Source: an uncultured Desulfobacter sp.
GTDB taxonomy: Bacteria > Desulfobacterota > Desulfobacteria > Desulfobacterales > Desulfobacteraceae
Direction of reading: 5' to 3'
Length of the DNA: 64,000 bases
NCBI GenBank assembly: GCA_963665095.1
Contig: OY762069.1
Coordinates: 3,232,001 to 3,296,000, forward strand
The translations under genes were made by a program, and so were the position numbers. Positions 29,117 to 39,828 of the stretch are shown in pieces. A model generated the notes under the pieces. That model had not been told where the DNA came from, searched no databases, and saw only the letters and a program-made list of their open reading frames with translations. Positions within the stretch are counted from its first letter, which is position 1. Each line of letters opens with the position of its first letter.

Positions 29117-32100
29117 ATGCCTGCATTTGGAATCGATATTGGGTACTCGGCTGTTAAAACGGCGGTGGTGGATGATAACAACCAGGTGGTCTGGTCCGAT
29201 TATTCCCTGCACCACGGGGATATCCGCCGCGTGGTCAATGATAGGATCATACAGTTGAGGCAGGAAACAGCCTGGGGAGCGTTGGGTATAGGAGCGGTCA
29301 CCGGCAGCGGCCGGGATTTTGTGGCCAACCGGATCGAATCGGTCAATGAAGTGGCGGCCGTTGTTGCGGCAGGCAGGCTGTTTTGTGATCAGGCGGCTTC
29401 CGTGGTGGAGATCGGGGCCCAGACCGCCAAGTATATCACCGGGCTTAGAGAAGAGAACGGGCATGGCATAAAAGTCGCCATGAACGCCAATTGCGCCTCG
29501 GGTACAGGGGCATTCCTGGAAGAACAGGTCTCCCGCCTGGGCCTTGCCATGGAAGACTTCTCCCAATATGTAAAAAGGGCAAAATCCATTCCCAGAATTG
29601 CCGGCCGGTGCGGAGTGTTTGCCAAAACAGATATCACCCACCACCAGCAGGAAGGGACCCCTGTGGCAGATATCCTTTTAGGGCTTGCCTATGCCGTGGT
29701 CCGCAACTTCAGGGTCAGCGTGATGAAAAAACTGGCTCTTGAGACCCCCATCCTTTACACCGGCGGGGTGGCCCATAACCAGGGGATTATCCGGGCCTTC
29801 AGGGATGTGCTTGCACTTGAACAAAAAGATTTCATCATCCCGGACCACTTCAGTGTGGCCGCTGCTGCCGGAGCTGCCATGATTGCTCTGGAACAGGGCC
29901 TTGAAACCACCTTGCTCTGCCCGGAAGAACCAAAACCGGACATTGACACAGACGTTAAACCTGCCACAGGCGCCCCCTTATTCAGCCTGCCGCCCCTGAT
30001 CTCATTTGGCTATAACGACAGCGCCGGCAAGCATGACCTTAAGGTCTCCTTAGACCCTGAAGCCGAATTTTACTTAGGCATTGACGTGGGCTCCACCAGC
30101 ACCAACCTGGTACTCATTGATGCCAAAGGCCAGGTGGCGGATTTCAGGTACCTGCGAACCCGGGGGGAACCCGCCTCGGTTGTCACCCAGGGAATCAATG
30201 ACCTGAAATCAATTCACGGCCAGGACATGAAAATCCTTGGCACAGGTGTTACCGGCTCCGGCCGCTACCTGATCGGCAAAATGGTGGGGGCCCAAACCAT
30301 CAAGGACGAAATCACGGCCCAGGCAAAGGCCGCCGTCACCATTGATCCGGATGTTGACACGGTATTTGAAATCGGGGGCCAGGACTCTAAATTCATATGT
30401 ATCCGGGACGGCCAGGTGGCGGATTTCCAGATGAACAAGGTGTGTGCGGCAGGCACCGGATCATTTATCGAGGAGCAGTCCGTAAAATTTGGTATCCCCA
30501 TTGACGATTTCGGCGACATGGCCCTGACCAGCAACGCTCCCATCGACCTTGGGCAGAGGTGTGCCGTTTTCATGGAGACCACCCTGGCAGGCCACCTGGC
30601 CCGGGGCGCAGAAAAAAAGGACCTGGCTGCAGGTCTTTGCTATTCCATTGTAAAAAATTACCTGAACCGGGTGGTGGGTGCCAAACAAACCGGCAGCCAT
30701 ATCCTGATCCAGGGAGGCTTAGGGCACAACCAGGGCGTGGTGAACGCGTTCAGGGCCGTTTTAGGCAAAAAGATAGAGGTGCCGATATTTTTCAGCGTTA
30801 CCGGAGCCTTAGGCGCAGCACTTTTGGCCAAAGAAGCCGGGGAAAATAAAGAAGAACACCCCACCACCCGGACCCGGGTCAACCTGCCCGGGCACAGTCA
30901 GAACAAAGACACCCAAAACCGTTTCTCAGCCCAGGTCCAGGGTATAGTTTTCGAAGGCTATACAGACACCCTCGCCCCGGACAAAAAAACCGTGGGACTT
31001 CCCCGGGCTCTGTTCACCTTCGGCATGTTCTCCATGTTTCACACCTTCTTCAAAACCCTTGGGTTCAATGTGCTCATGTCCCCGTCCTCCAATGAAGAGA
31101 CCATTGCACTGTCCCAGGCCTGCTCCCTGGATGAGACCTGCTTTCCGGTAAAACTGGTCAACGGCCATATTGCCTGGCTCATCGCCCAAAAAGTGGATTA
31201 TATCTTTTTCCCGGACCTTTATACAGTGCACCATCCCGGCTCCGAATCCCGGCAGAACTTCGGGTGCGCCTATATGCAGCTGGCCTTCAAGCTGATGAAC
31301 CAGGCCATGAACCTTGAAAAGTCCGGCATCACCCTGTTAGCGCCCACCATTGCCTTCAGTTTAGGACCACAGTTTATGAGCGAAAGCTTTACCAGCCTTG
31401 GCAAAACACTTGGCCGGACAAAGGAGCAGACCATGGCGGCTTTAGGGGCATCCATGAAGGCGTTCCAGCAATTTGAAAAAAGGCTGGAACAGCACGGCAA
31501 AGAAGTTCTCAATGCCCTTGCCCCCAAGGAAAAGGCCTTTGTCCTGATCTCCAAAATATACGGGGTGGCAGACCCGGTCTTAAACCTTGGTATCCCGGAC
31601 AGGCTGGCAGACATGGGCTATCAAACCATCAGCTTTTTTGACCTGCCCGAAGGAAATATTTTTAAGGACCATCCCAATATGTACTGGCCCTTTATCCAAC
31701 ATATCCTGGACCCGGCCTACCTGATCAAAGAACATCCCAACCTGTTTGCCATCCTTTTAACCCACCATGGCTGCGGGCCGGATTCGGTCTCATCCCACTT
31801 TTTTGCTGAAATCATGGGGGACAAGCCCTTTCTGGCCATTGAGGTGGATGAACACGCCTCCACTGTGGGGGTGATGACCCGGCTTGAGGCGTTTGTGGAC
31901 CGGATCTCCCACATCCCGGCCCAGCCATCCCATCCCATTGGCGTCTATGAAAAAAAAGTGGCTGTCCCCCCTGTGAACATAACGGCACACCCCAACGATC
32001 TTCCCCCCGGGACCAGGGTTTTCCTCCCCTACCTGCCCGCCTATTCAGGCGTTATCAGGGAAACCCTGGCCCGGCAGGGAATATCGGCTAAAGAGCTTCC

Positions 32101-33076
32101 TGAAACAAGCGAACGCGCCCTGAACCGGGGAAGGGAGCATACCACGGCCAATGAATACTTTTCCCTGACCGCTCTTTTAGGTGATATCCTTGAAACCCTT
32201 GACCATGATTCCAATCCTGAAACCGCGGCTTTTCTCATCCCCCAGACCGAAGGGGCCGAGGTGGACGGTCAGTACAGCCGGTTTATCCGCACCAAGCTGG
32301 ACCAGGAAGGGTTCACAACGGCCCGCATCGTCTCGCCCTTTCTGGAGGACGGCATTTCAGGCGACCCTGCCCTTTTGTACAAGATTTTCATGGGAACCCT
32401 GGCCACAGACCTGATCTGGCTGGCCCCGCCCCGGCACCGCACGGCCCACCAGGCATTTGTGAACAAACTGATAAAAAGAAATGAGCTGAACCCGGACAAC
32501 CTTGCCATTCTGGCAGGCGTCATCCGGAAAAACCTGGCAGGCGCCACCTTTAAAAAACAGATCTTTGCCATTGGCGATCCCCTGGTACTGTTCAACGATT
32601 TTTTAACGGACCGCCATTTTTCCTGGCTTGAAGCCTGCGGCCACCGGGTGGTCTATGCCCCCATGAGCGAATACCTGGCCCTGCTGTGGAAGGACTGGGC
32701 AGAACAGAACGCAAAGGAAAACAAAGAAGAGCTCCTGGACCGGGTGGAAAACCTGTGGGGCATGGTCCGGGATATAGACCGGCACTTAAGCGGTATCAGC
32801 GCATTTTCAAAAAGCCTGGATGATCTTGCAACTCAGGCCCAAAACACCCTGGGCTATTACGCAGGGGCCAACGGCCGGTACAGGCTGGGCAAATGCCTGG
32901 ATATCCGTGGGAAAGTTGACGGCATCATCACGGTATCGCCCATGTACGAAAACACGGGCATTTCCCTGAACGCCCTGGACCGCAAGCTTGAATTTCCTTT
33001 ACTCAACCTCACCCTTGACGGCAACCGTACCCCTTCTGACAGAACCCGGCTGGAGGCGTTTCTTTATTACCTGTGA
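29117..33076 (+). CDS. Acyl-CoA dehydratase activase (two BcrA/BadF ATPase domains plus DUF2229-like domains)
   Basis: GIDIGYSAVK and GIDVGSTSTN, VTGSG twice, EIGAQ/EIGGQDSK, MNANCASGTG/MNKVCAAGTG, ETCFPVK, GCGPDS, EVDEH. AGGAG RBS before ATG 29117. Confidence 0.92.
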   Translation: MPAFGIDIGYSAVKTAVVDDNNQVVWSDYSLHHGDIRRVVNDRIIQLRQETAWGALGIGAVTGSGRDFVANRIESVNEVAAVVAAGRLFCDQAASVVEIGAQTAKYITGLREENGHGIKVAMNANCASGTGAFLEEQVSRLGLAMEDFSQYVKRAKSIPRIAGRCGVFAKTDITHHQQEGTPVADILLGLAYAVVRNFRVSVMKKLALETPILYTGGVAHNQGIIRAFRDVLALEQKDFIIPDHFSVAAAAGAAMIALEQGLETTLLCPEEPKPDIDTDVKPATGAPLFSLPPLISFGYNDSAGKHDLKVSLDPEAEFYLGIDVGSTSTNLVLIDAKGQVADFRYLRTRGEPASVVTQGINDLKSIHGQDMKILGTGVTGSGRYLIGKMVGAQTIKDEITAQAKAAVTIDPDVDTVFEIGGQDSKFICIRDGQVADFQMNKVCAAGTGSFIEEQSVKFGIPIDDFGDMALTSNAPIDLGQRCAVFMETTLAGHLARGAEKKDLAAGLCYSIVKNYLNRVVGAKQTGSHILIQGGLGHNQGVVNAFRAVLGKKIEVPIFFSVTGALGAALLAKEAGENKEEHPTTRTRVNLPGHSQNKDTQNRFSAQVQGIVFEGYTDTLAPDKKTVGLPRALFTFGMFSMFHTFFKTLGFNVLMSPSSNEETIALSQACSLDETCFPVKLVNGHIAWLIAQKVDYIFFPDLYTVHHPGSESRQNFGCAYMQLAFKLMNQAMNLEKSGITLLAPTIAFSLGPQFMSESFTSLGKTLGRTKEQTMAALGASMKAFQQFEKRLEQHGKEVLNALAPKEKAFVLISKIYGVADPVLNLGIPDRLADMGYQTISFFDLPEGNIFKDHPNMYWPFIQHILDPAYLIKEHPNLFAILLTHHGCGPDSVSSHFFAEIMGDKPFLAIEVDEHASTVGVMTRLEAFVDRISHIPAQPSHPIGVYEKKVAVPPVNITAHPNDLPPGTRVFLPYLPAYSGVIRETLARQGISAKELPETSERALNRGREHTTANEYFSLTALLGDILETLDHDSNPETAAFLIPQTEGAEVDGQYSRFIRTKLDQEGFTTARIVSPFLEDGISGDPALLYKIFMGTLATDLIWLAPPRHRTAHQAFVNKLIKRNELNPDNLAILAGVIRKNLAGATFKKQIFAIGDPLVLFNDFLTDRHFSWLEACGHRVVYAPMSEYLALLWKDWAEQNAKENKEELLDRVENLWGMVRDIDRHLSGISAFSKSLDDLATQAQNTLGYYAGANGRYRLGKCLDIRGKVDGIITVSPMYENTGISLNALDRKLEFPLLNLTLDGNRTPSDRTRLEAFLYYL

Positions 33077-33342
33077 CAGGTATTCCTTATTATTTCATCG
33101 TATTCAAGAGGCGTTGCCCCGCCAGAAGGCTCAATCATTGTATTTTTTCCCCACAGCCTTCTGGAAGGCCTCCATAATTTCTGCCACCATATTCTCAAAA
33201 ACGACTTTAAAATGGTGATCACTCAATGCCTGAGCTTCAAGATACATATGGATGTGAAATGTTATTCATCCGTTCCTGTGCAATAAAAACGGCCTGTTTT
33301 CTAGCAGGATAATTGGAAGATCCATGGACATAAAAATATTTT

Positions 33343-35313
33343 CTAATCCTCAGCAATGACCTTGACCACCCCCCCTGTCAAAGGCAGGATGTCGGGTTCA
33401 TTATCAGGATCGGTTACAGCCCTTACGACAATTACATAGTTATTTGCTTCCGGAAAGGTATAGGAGCAGCTATTGGAAGTTGAATAATCCTGCATCACTG
33501 TCCAGTCCGAAGAACCATATGCATCGGTCCCGTAATTGGGGCAATAATAAAATTTGTAGTAAACTGAATCATCAGCGGCTGAAGCCAGAGCATTTGCAAC
33601 AATCTGCACCGGGCTTCCCAGGGCAACATCTCCGCTCGTAGCGAATTCAGAGATGTTTAGATCAGGATTTGTCCCGACGGAAACGACCTGACCGTAAAGA
33701 AGAATATCATCAGGTTCATTATCCGGATCAGAAGTCACACGTACCACTACAATGTAGTTGTTTACTTCGGAAAAAGACCAAATACAGGTATTTGAGGTCG
33801 AATAATTTTTCATCATCACCCATGGCGAAGAATCATAATCATCTGCCCCATAATTGGCCCGATAATAAAAGCAATAATAAAGGTTTCCCCCATCACTTTC
33901 TGGTGCTGCCACTGTAAAAATCACGCTGTCATTCACCTGGACCTCACCTGAAGGCGAGACAATTAATCCGGTATCAGCTTCAGGAACATACTCATCGGAC
34001 CCCATATCCACACACTCCCCGCTTATGCGGTTGTCCCCATCCACGTCCTCATTCACGTCAACATCAGCGTCGCTACCTGCATCAATACAGGGTGAATTCT
34101 TTTCCAGATGCAGATCAAGACTCCCTGCAAATATAGGGTTTGCATCAATATTTGAACCGGAATCAACGCCTGTATCTGTATCCCAGTTGTCGCCGCTTCC
34201 ACCCGAACCTTCGACATCGCAGTAACTAATTGTTACCGTACTGTCTATATTGTAGATTTCGCTTCCGAAACCAGATGACAGGTCCCCCCACAAAATGCAG
34301 TTGGTTAAAGTGACTTCCGAATCAAGATTGTATATTCCGCCACCGTAATCGCCTGTTTCGTTTCCACTGAGGGTGCAATTGGTCAACCCAAGGGTCGAGT
34401 CCGAGGAAAATATCCCACCGCCATAGTATTCTGTGGCCTTGTTTCGGCTAAGGGTGCAGTTGACCAAAGTTAACGATGACCCAACACAATATATGCCTCC
34501 GCCATACATCTCAACTGTATTATTTGTGTATGTGCAATTGGTCAGCGTAAAATCCGATTCAGAACAATACATTCCGCCGCCATATCCCTCAACGGATTCA
34601 TTTCTGATGAATGTGCAGTCGGTCAATGTAATATCGGATTCAGAAGATCCACATATACCGCCGCCATACTTATTCGCCGTGTTTTTGCTGAAACTGCAGC
34701 TGTCCAACATGACCTGCGATCCAGAGCAATACAAGCCGCCACCATAGTTTTCTGTGACGTCATTGCTGTCGAAGGTGGTATCTTTTATTGTAAGCTCACA
34801 GGTAGAACAATATATTCCCCCACCGTTATTTATTGCGGAATTACCGTTGATAAGGCAATTGACTATGGAAGAAGAACCCGTGACATTTTCAGCATATATC
34901 CCTCCGCCTTGATCGGCTGAACCACCCGTGATGGTCAGCCCGTCCAAAACAACGTCGGATACACCTGAAAGCGTAACACAAGATCCGGAAGCACTGCCGT
35001 TAATAATCGTCACATAAATTTCAGGATCCTGCTGGGCAAGATAGTCTTCTGACCCTATAAAACCGCCGAACAAAGAGACACCACCAGCCATCGCAATATT
35101 TTCTTCATAGGTTCCTTTTGCCACCCATATTTCATCTCCTGCCCCGGCCGCAGTCAGGGCGGAAGCAATTGTATTAAAGGCCGTTCCCCAAGTTAAGCCG
35201 TCGCCATCACTGTCAGCATTCCAGTCCACATAAAGAACACCAGCCAAGGCGGCCTCTGAAAATCCGATAAGAATCAGAACCACAATTAATTGTTTCATAA
35301 TAAAAGGTTTCAT
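33343..35313 (-). CDS. Secreted right-handed beta-helix repeat protein with two C-terminal Tyr-rich repeat domains
   Basis: Signal peptide, YVD...GDGLTWGTAFNTI start, about 8 GGG(I/L/M)(Y/C/F) repeats, SPCIDAG...VDMGSDEY motif, duplicated YY.FYY..NYG...YSTSN.C...F.E.NNY domain. Confidence 0.85.
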   Translation of the reverse strand: MKPFIMKQLIVVLILIGFSEAALAGVLYVDWNADSDGDGLTWGTAFNTIASALTAAGAGDEIWVAKGTYEENIAMAGGVSLFGGFIGSEDYLAQQDPEIYVTIINGSASGSCVTLSGVSDVVLDGLTITGGSADQGGGIYAENVTGSSSIVNCLINGNSAINNGGGIYCSTCELTIKDTTFDSNDVTENYGGGLYCSGSQVMLDSCSFSKNTANKYGGGICGSSESDITLTDCTFIRNESVEGYGGGMYCSESDFTLTNCTYTNNTVEMYGGGIYCVGSSLTLVNCTLSRNKATEYYGGGIFSSDSTLGLTNCTLSGNETGDYGGGIYNLDSEVTLTNCILWGDLSSGFGSEIYNIDSTVTISYCDVEGSGGSGDNWDTDTGVDSGSNIDANPIFAGSLDLHLEKNSPCIDAGSDADVDVNEDVDGDNRISGECVDMGSDEYVPEADTGLIVSPSGEVQVNDSVIFTVAAPESDGGNLYYCFYYRANYGADDYDSSPWVMMKNYSTSNTCIWSFSEVNNYIVVVRVTSDPDNEPDDILLYGQVVSVGTNPDLNISEFATSGDVALGSPVQIVANALASAADDSVYYKFYYCPNYGTDAYGSSDWTVMQDYSTSNSCSYTFPEANNYVIVVRAVTDPDNEPDILPLTGGVVKVIAED

Positions 35314-35369
35314 TACTGTCTCCACAAAAAGTCCGCTATTAAACAAAAAGAGTTATGCAACATCAGGAT

Positions 35370-35936
35370 CTAAAATCCTGTCAGATCTACCTGCCCCGAT
35401 ATAAACATCTTTGTTCCATTCAGAGCGTCTGTAATGATAATACCGCATTTATCCAACATGCCCCTGATGATGTCACGGTCCAAGGGATTGTCTTCAACAG
35501 GCATTGTAACGTCTTCAATGCCCCTGTGAAGATCAAAATCAATGGTGCAAAAAATTGTCGAAAATTCGTCAGACAGCTCCCGTGCCCGTTTCTCCAGGTT
35601 TTCCACAAACCCACCTCCCTTTCCTAAAGCCACTACCAGCCACTGTCAATGACACAGGAAAATGTCAGGCTGTGGTCGGGATTCACATCCAAAATGGAGC
35701 GTACATACCAGGGATCCCCGATCTTACCGGCAGTGGTACACCCGGTAACTGGACAATCAAACCGGGACCGAAGTTCTGCTGCCAGGGCGTCCGGATAATA
35801 CTATTGAGCTGCACAAAAAAATCACACCGGCTGTCTCATCCTGCGAAAGCTGCGCGATCAGGGATGCTACGGCCACAACAGGATGCTGGTCATTTACCTC
35901 TGCACGTTTGAGTTTTCCAGAGAGATTACCAGACAT
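35370..35936 (-). pseudogene. Collapsed FIST-domain (NosP-like) gene fused to a receiver-domain fragment
   Basis: Across three frames: AGVIFLCSS, then PDALAAELRSRFDCPVTGCTTAG|KIGDPWYVRSILDVNPDHSLTFSCVIDSG, then LGKGGGFVENLE...TIDFD, then VEDNPLDRDIIRGMLDKCG...DALNG. Confidence 0.7.
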
Positions 35937-36150
35937 CGCGATTTTGCTTATGTCTGAATTTACAATTTTTGCCCACACCTCAAAATGTTTTACGGATCAG
36001 GTAGGATTATCTATTGTAGTACTGTCATCTGTACCATAGAATGAATAAAATTGTCAAAACAGACCGAAAGGGGGCTCAACCTGATCGCGGTAGAGTTGAT
36101 GCAGTCTGCCGCGATATTAAGCGGTAAGAATGCTTCATGCTGGTTAAATT

Positions 36151-37239
36151 TCAGCCTTTTCCCAGTACAGCGATTGCAGCACGACGGGCACTGTCCAGAG
36201 CGCCTTCAAGGTAACCGCCAAACTCGTCTGCGGTTTCAGTTCCGGCCAAGTGAAGTGAATTCTCCCAGACGCTTGTTTTGCCGCCAGGGGGATAAAACTC
36301 AGGGTGGTTATGCCGGGAGCGTAAGTCATATTCCGTGGCCGTGAAAGATTCCTTTGCCCAGTCCCGGTAATATACTGCAACAGGCCGGCAGGCATCCGGG
36401 CCGAACATATGGGTCAGCTGCGCAATAATCGCCCGGGTCATGGTCTGTTCATCTTTTCGCCGCAACGCCGGAATTCCCACAAATCCTGTCAGTCCGTAAG
36501 GTTTGCCGTCGGGGCTGGAGCCGTCATGGATTTCACCCATGGGGCCGCACAGACTGAATCCCTGGCCGGAAAAAGACATTTTGCGCCAGTCTGCCTGGTC
36601 ATACAGGGCAAAAAATTTGGCATGGCCGGCCATCCAGGTGGAGGCCTTCAGCATGGCCTGGGAAAGATCATAGGAAAGTTCCGGGGTAAATAGAATGGCG
36701 CCGGCCGCAAGCCTTGGCGGCAGGGCCAGAATCACATCAGACGCCTCCAGCCGGCACTGGGGTTCCTGGTCAAGATGCCCCACGGTTACCCGGATTCCGT
36801 GGTCCAGGCGCTCAATTTCACACACAGGATGATCAAGACGGATGCACTCCGAGGGCAACCTTGCCACAAGCCCTGCCACCAGGGCCATCATCCCCCCTTC
36901 AACCCGAAACCCCTGGGGTTCCATGGGATACCCCTGAACGGTCTCCACATGACCGTCCTTGGTCTGGAACCGGGCAAATCCGGCATCAAACTGGGGATAG
37001 CGCTTAAGTCCCAGGTCTTCAATCAGGGCACAGACTTCCGGGTTGATCATGGGCCAGAACCAAGACGGGCCAAGATCGGCAGAAAAGCCATTGTATTCCG
37101 GACTCAGGATTCTGCCCCCCACCCGGGATCTTCCCTCCAGCACAACCAGTGATTTTTTTTGTTTGACCAGCCTGACAGCTGCGGCAATCCCGCTTAAGCC
37201 GGCACCAATAATAATGGTATCTACCTGTTCCATATTCAT
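36151..37239 (-). CDS. Flavin monoamine oxidase-family oxidoreductase
   Basis: IIIGAGLSG, LEGRSRVGGR, DLGPSWFWP, AGTETA...GGYLEGALDS. Confidence 0.9.
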   Translation of the reverse strand: MNMEQVDTIIIGAGLSGIAAAVRLVKQKKSLVVLEGRSRVGGRILSPEYNGFSADLGPSWFWPMINPEVCALIEDLGLKRYPQFDAGFARFQTKDGHVETVQGYPMEPQGFRVEGGMMALVAGLVARLPSECIRLDHPVCEIERLDHGIRVTVGHLDQEPQCRLEASDVILALPPRLAAGAILFTPELSYDLSQAMLKASTWMAGHAKFFALYDQADWRKMSFSGQGFSLCGPMGEIHDGSSPDGKPYGLTGFVGIPALRRKDEQTMTRAIIAQLTHMFGPDACRPVAVYYRDWAKESFTATEYDLRSRHNHPEFYPPGGKTSVWENSLHLAGTETADEFGGYLEGALDSARRAAIAVLGKG

Positions 37240-37380
37240 ATCACCCCTTTGACTCTCTTCCCCGGTCCGGGCACATCCAGGGTGTTATGCGCCTTTGGCC
37301 ATCAAAAATCAACGGTTTCATGACAGACAGGTATGCCAATAACCACTTGACATAAAAACCTAGGTGACCTATTTCCATAA

Positions 37381-38215
37381 ATAAGCACTCGATCCAATCC
37401 ACAATCCATTGATAAGGTCTGTCATTATTACAACCGCAAAAAGGTGCTGGATATTGATGACTTTACGATCCCGGCCGGAAGCATCCTGGGCCTGTCCGGT
37501 CCCAACGGCAGCGGAAAAACAACCCTGTTAAAACTTTTAGCCTTTGCCATGGCCCCCAGTCAGGGAGAGATTTTTTTTGACGGCAAAAGGGAATTTCCCA
37601 TGTCTGCCAGGGTGCGCTCCAGAGTGACCCTGATGACCCAGACCCCGTACCTGCTCAAACGATCCGTGATGGATAATCTCGCCTATGGCCTTAAAATCAG
37701 AAAAGATACAAAGGATTTAAAAGAGCGGGCCACCTGGGCGCTAACGGCGGTGGGCCTGGATTTTAATGAATTTCACAGCCGCCTCTGGCACCAGCTGTCC
37801 GGCGGGGAAGCCCAGCGCGTGGCCCTGGCGGCCCGGCTGATTCTTAAACCCCGGGCCCTACCAAACCATAAACACAGAAAAAAGTGTCAGCTGGCGAGTA
37901 CCGCTGTCCGGCAATTTAGAAATCCGCCTTCCTGAAAAAACCGGAGAAACGGCCCTGATCGAAAAAGATAAAATCAAAATTGACGACAAACTTGAACATG
38001 AAGACTCTCATGAAAGCAACCAAGAGAATCGGCTTTCGGCCCAGATCACCCGAATGGCCCTGGAACCCCAAACTGATAGAATCGAAATCACCTTTGCCGT
38101 GGATAATTTCAGAATTCCCTTGTTTCTTCAAAAAGACCAGGCCGCCGGCCTGAACCTGCAGCCGGGAAAAAAAATGACCCTGAGATTCAGGATGGATGAT
38201 ATCTTCTGGCGATAG
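37381..38215 (+). pseudogene. Tungstate/molybdate ABC ATP-binding protein (TupC-like) with internal deletion
   Basis: Walker A GPNGSGKTT and LSGGEAQRVALAARL are present. The sequence breaks at about 37860 before Walker B and resumes in another frame as a TOBE-like tail ending at TAG 38213-38215. Confidence 0.75.
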
Positions 38216-38220
38216 CCTGG

Positions 38221-38586
38221 TTACTGCCCTGCCCCCATCTTCTCTTCATACATCCGGATAAAATCGGTCAACTTGTCTGCCCAGCCCTGCATGAACCTGA
38301 TCCACAGATCAAGCAGTTCGCGCCCCTCATCGGTAATGGTATAGATCCGTTTGGCAGCCCCGGTCTCTCCGGTATCCCACTGGGAGGTGAGCAGATTTTC
38401 CTCCTCCATCTGGCGCAGATGCCGGTAAATCATTCCGGGAGGGGCGGCCCCATCAATAAAACCAAAGGTCTGAATGGTGGAGATCAGTTCATATCCGTAG
38501 GAGGGGGCAGATGCCAGCCCTAAAAGGATGGAGGCTTGCATATAGCGTTCCTGGCGGCCGGAACCGGGCATATTTCTTTGTGTCAT
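38221..38586 (-). CDS. PadR-family transcriptional regulator
   Basis: SYGYELI, GMIYRHLRQMEEE, AKRIYTITDEGR. Confidence 0.9.
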   Translation of the reverse strand: MTQRNMPGSGRQERYMQASILLGLASAPSYGYELISTIQTFGFIDGAAPPGMIYRHLRQMEEENLLTSQWDTGETGAAKRIYTITDEGRELLDLWIRFMQGWADKLTDFIRMYEEKMGAGQ

Positions 38587-38601
38587 ATGTAGCTCCTTGA
38601 C

Positions 38602-38622
38602 ATATATCCTTCAAGGATATAT
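38602..38622. promoter_or_regulatory. Perfect palindrome in the divergent promoter, candidate PadR operator
   Basis: ATATATCCTT-C-AAGGATATAT. Confidence 0.55.
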
Positions 38623-38684
38623 ATTCAGTCTTATAAATATGATCTTGTATATCATATTCTCCCCTTTACGCATAGGAGGACCCA

Positions 38685-38894
38685 ATGGCCAAAATTTTTG
38701 TAAGGGAAAGACGAAAAGTCGAACAGGGCGAGAAAAAAGCCCGGTTCCGTGTGGTGGGTGTCAGCGGCAAAGAGCTCAAACTTTACGCGGATCATATCCG
38801 GAAAAGCGAACTTGAAACAATTGCGAAAGAATCTGGTGCACAAATTATCTATATGACAAAACACGGCTCCGGAAATCGGAACGGAAAGATGTAG
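38685..38894 (+). CDS. Small basic hypothetical protein
   Basis: AGGAGGA RBS, 69 aa, followed by a hairpin. Confidence 0.75.
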   Translation: MAKIFVRERRKVEQGEKKARFRVVGVSGKELKLYADHIRKSELETIAKESGAQIIYMTKHGSGNRNGKM

Positions 38895-38896
38895 CC

Positions 38897-38938
38897 ACAG
38901 GTTCTGCCCGGGCTAAAAGCCTTCGGGCAGAACCTGTG
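38897..38938. terminator. Hairpin between convergent genes
   Basis: cacaggttctgcccg...cgggcagaacctgtg. Confidence 0.65.
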
Positions 38939-38979
38939 ATGTTAGAACCCATCTCAAAATATTTATTTTGAGATGGGTT

Positions 38980-39828
38980 TTACTGGTGGATGATAGTTCC
39001 CACATGCTTGCCCTTAAGCGCATCTCCTATCTTTTCCGGATGCCGCAGGGCATCAATCACCTGCAACTCTTTAAGGCATTTGGCGTTTTTCAGCATATTC
39101 AAAATGGGCCGCTCAATGATCAGATCGTCCAGATCCAGTTCAATCAAATCATCCACTGAAATCTTATCGTAGAATTCCAGCTTTTCCTTTTTCTTGGACT
39201 TTTTGGGATCTTTGGAAAAAAGCCCGGTCTCATCTTTAAGATAAATCAGGGATTTTGCCCCGATATTTTCAGCCAGTAAAAAGGCCCCGCAGTCCGTGCG
39301 GTGGGGAGGAATGGAGCCAAATTCAGCCGGGTGTTCAAAAAATCCATAGGGCGGAATCCCTGTGGTAATGGGCAAATGGCCCTGGCGGCAGAACATGGTC
39401 AACTGCTCAAGATTATCCCCATGGCTGATTCTCACCCCGCCATGCTTGGCTAAAAGGACGGAAAGCATCACAGCATTCTGGGAGGACACCTTATCCCCAA
39501 GCTTTGAAAGCACGCCCGTAGGCATGCCCAGATCAACGCCGATATTATATACATGTCGGGCCCTTGTCCCCCCACCGGTCATCAGCAGCAGCTTGTGCTC
39601 ATCCTTGAGACGGATCAGTTCGTCCACAATGGGAAAAATGGCTTTGGCACCTCGGTCCATGATGCTTTGCCCCCCGATCTTCAACACATTGATATCCGGA
39701 TGCATCCGAAAATATTCCCCGGATTCGGTGGTCTTTAAAAACTCCTTGCTCACCAGGGATTCCCCCAGCATTGGTGTGTCAATATGAAGCCGGCCCTTGT
39801 CTTTCTTCTCTTTAATGAGTTTTCCCAT
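38980..39828 (-). CDS. Amino-acid-kinase-fold protein, molybdenum storage protein subunit-like
   Basis: GESLVS, VLKIGGQSIMDRG, TGGGTRARHVY, IPPHRTDCGAFLLAE, GKHVGTII. Confidence 0.8.
   Translation of the reverse strand: MGKLIKEKKDKGRLHIDTPMLGESLVSKEFLKTTESGEYFRMHPDINVLKIGGQSIMDRGAKAIFPIVDELIRLKDEHKLLLMTGGGTRARHVYNIGVDLGMPTGVLSKLGDKVSSQNAVMLSVLLAKHGGVRISHGDNLEQLTMFCRQGHLPITTGIPPYGFFEHPAEFGSIPPHRTDCGAFLLAENIGAKSLIYLKDETGLFSKDPKKSKKKEKLEFYDKISVDDLIELDLDDLIIERPILNMLKNAKCLKELQVIDALRHPEKIGDALKGKHVGTIIHQ

Noticed and set aside
33131..33247. Short minus-strand ORF MYLEAQALSDHHFKVVFENM...
   Set aside because: 38 codons and no identifiable family; possibly a gene tail remnant.
34250..34930. Periodic repeats of about 80 bp resembling an array
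   Set aside because: These are degenerate coding repeats of the beta-helix (GGGIY), not CRISPR.
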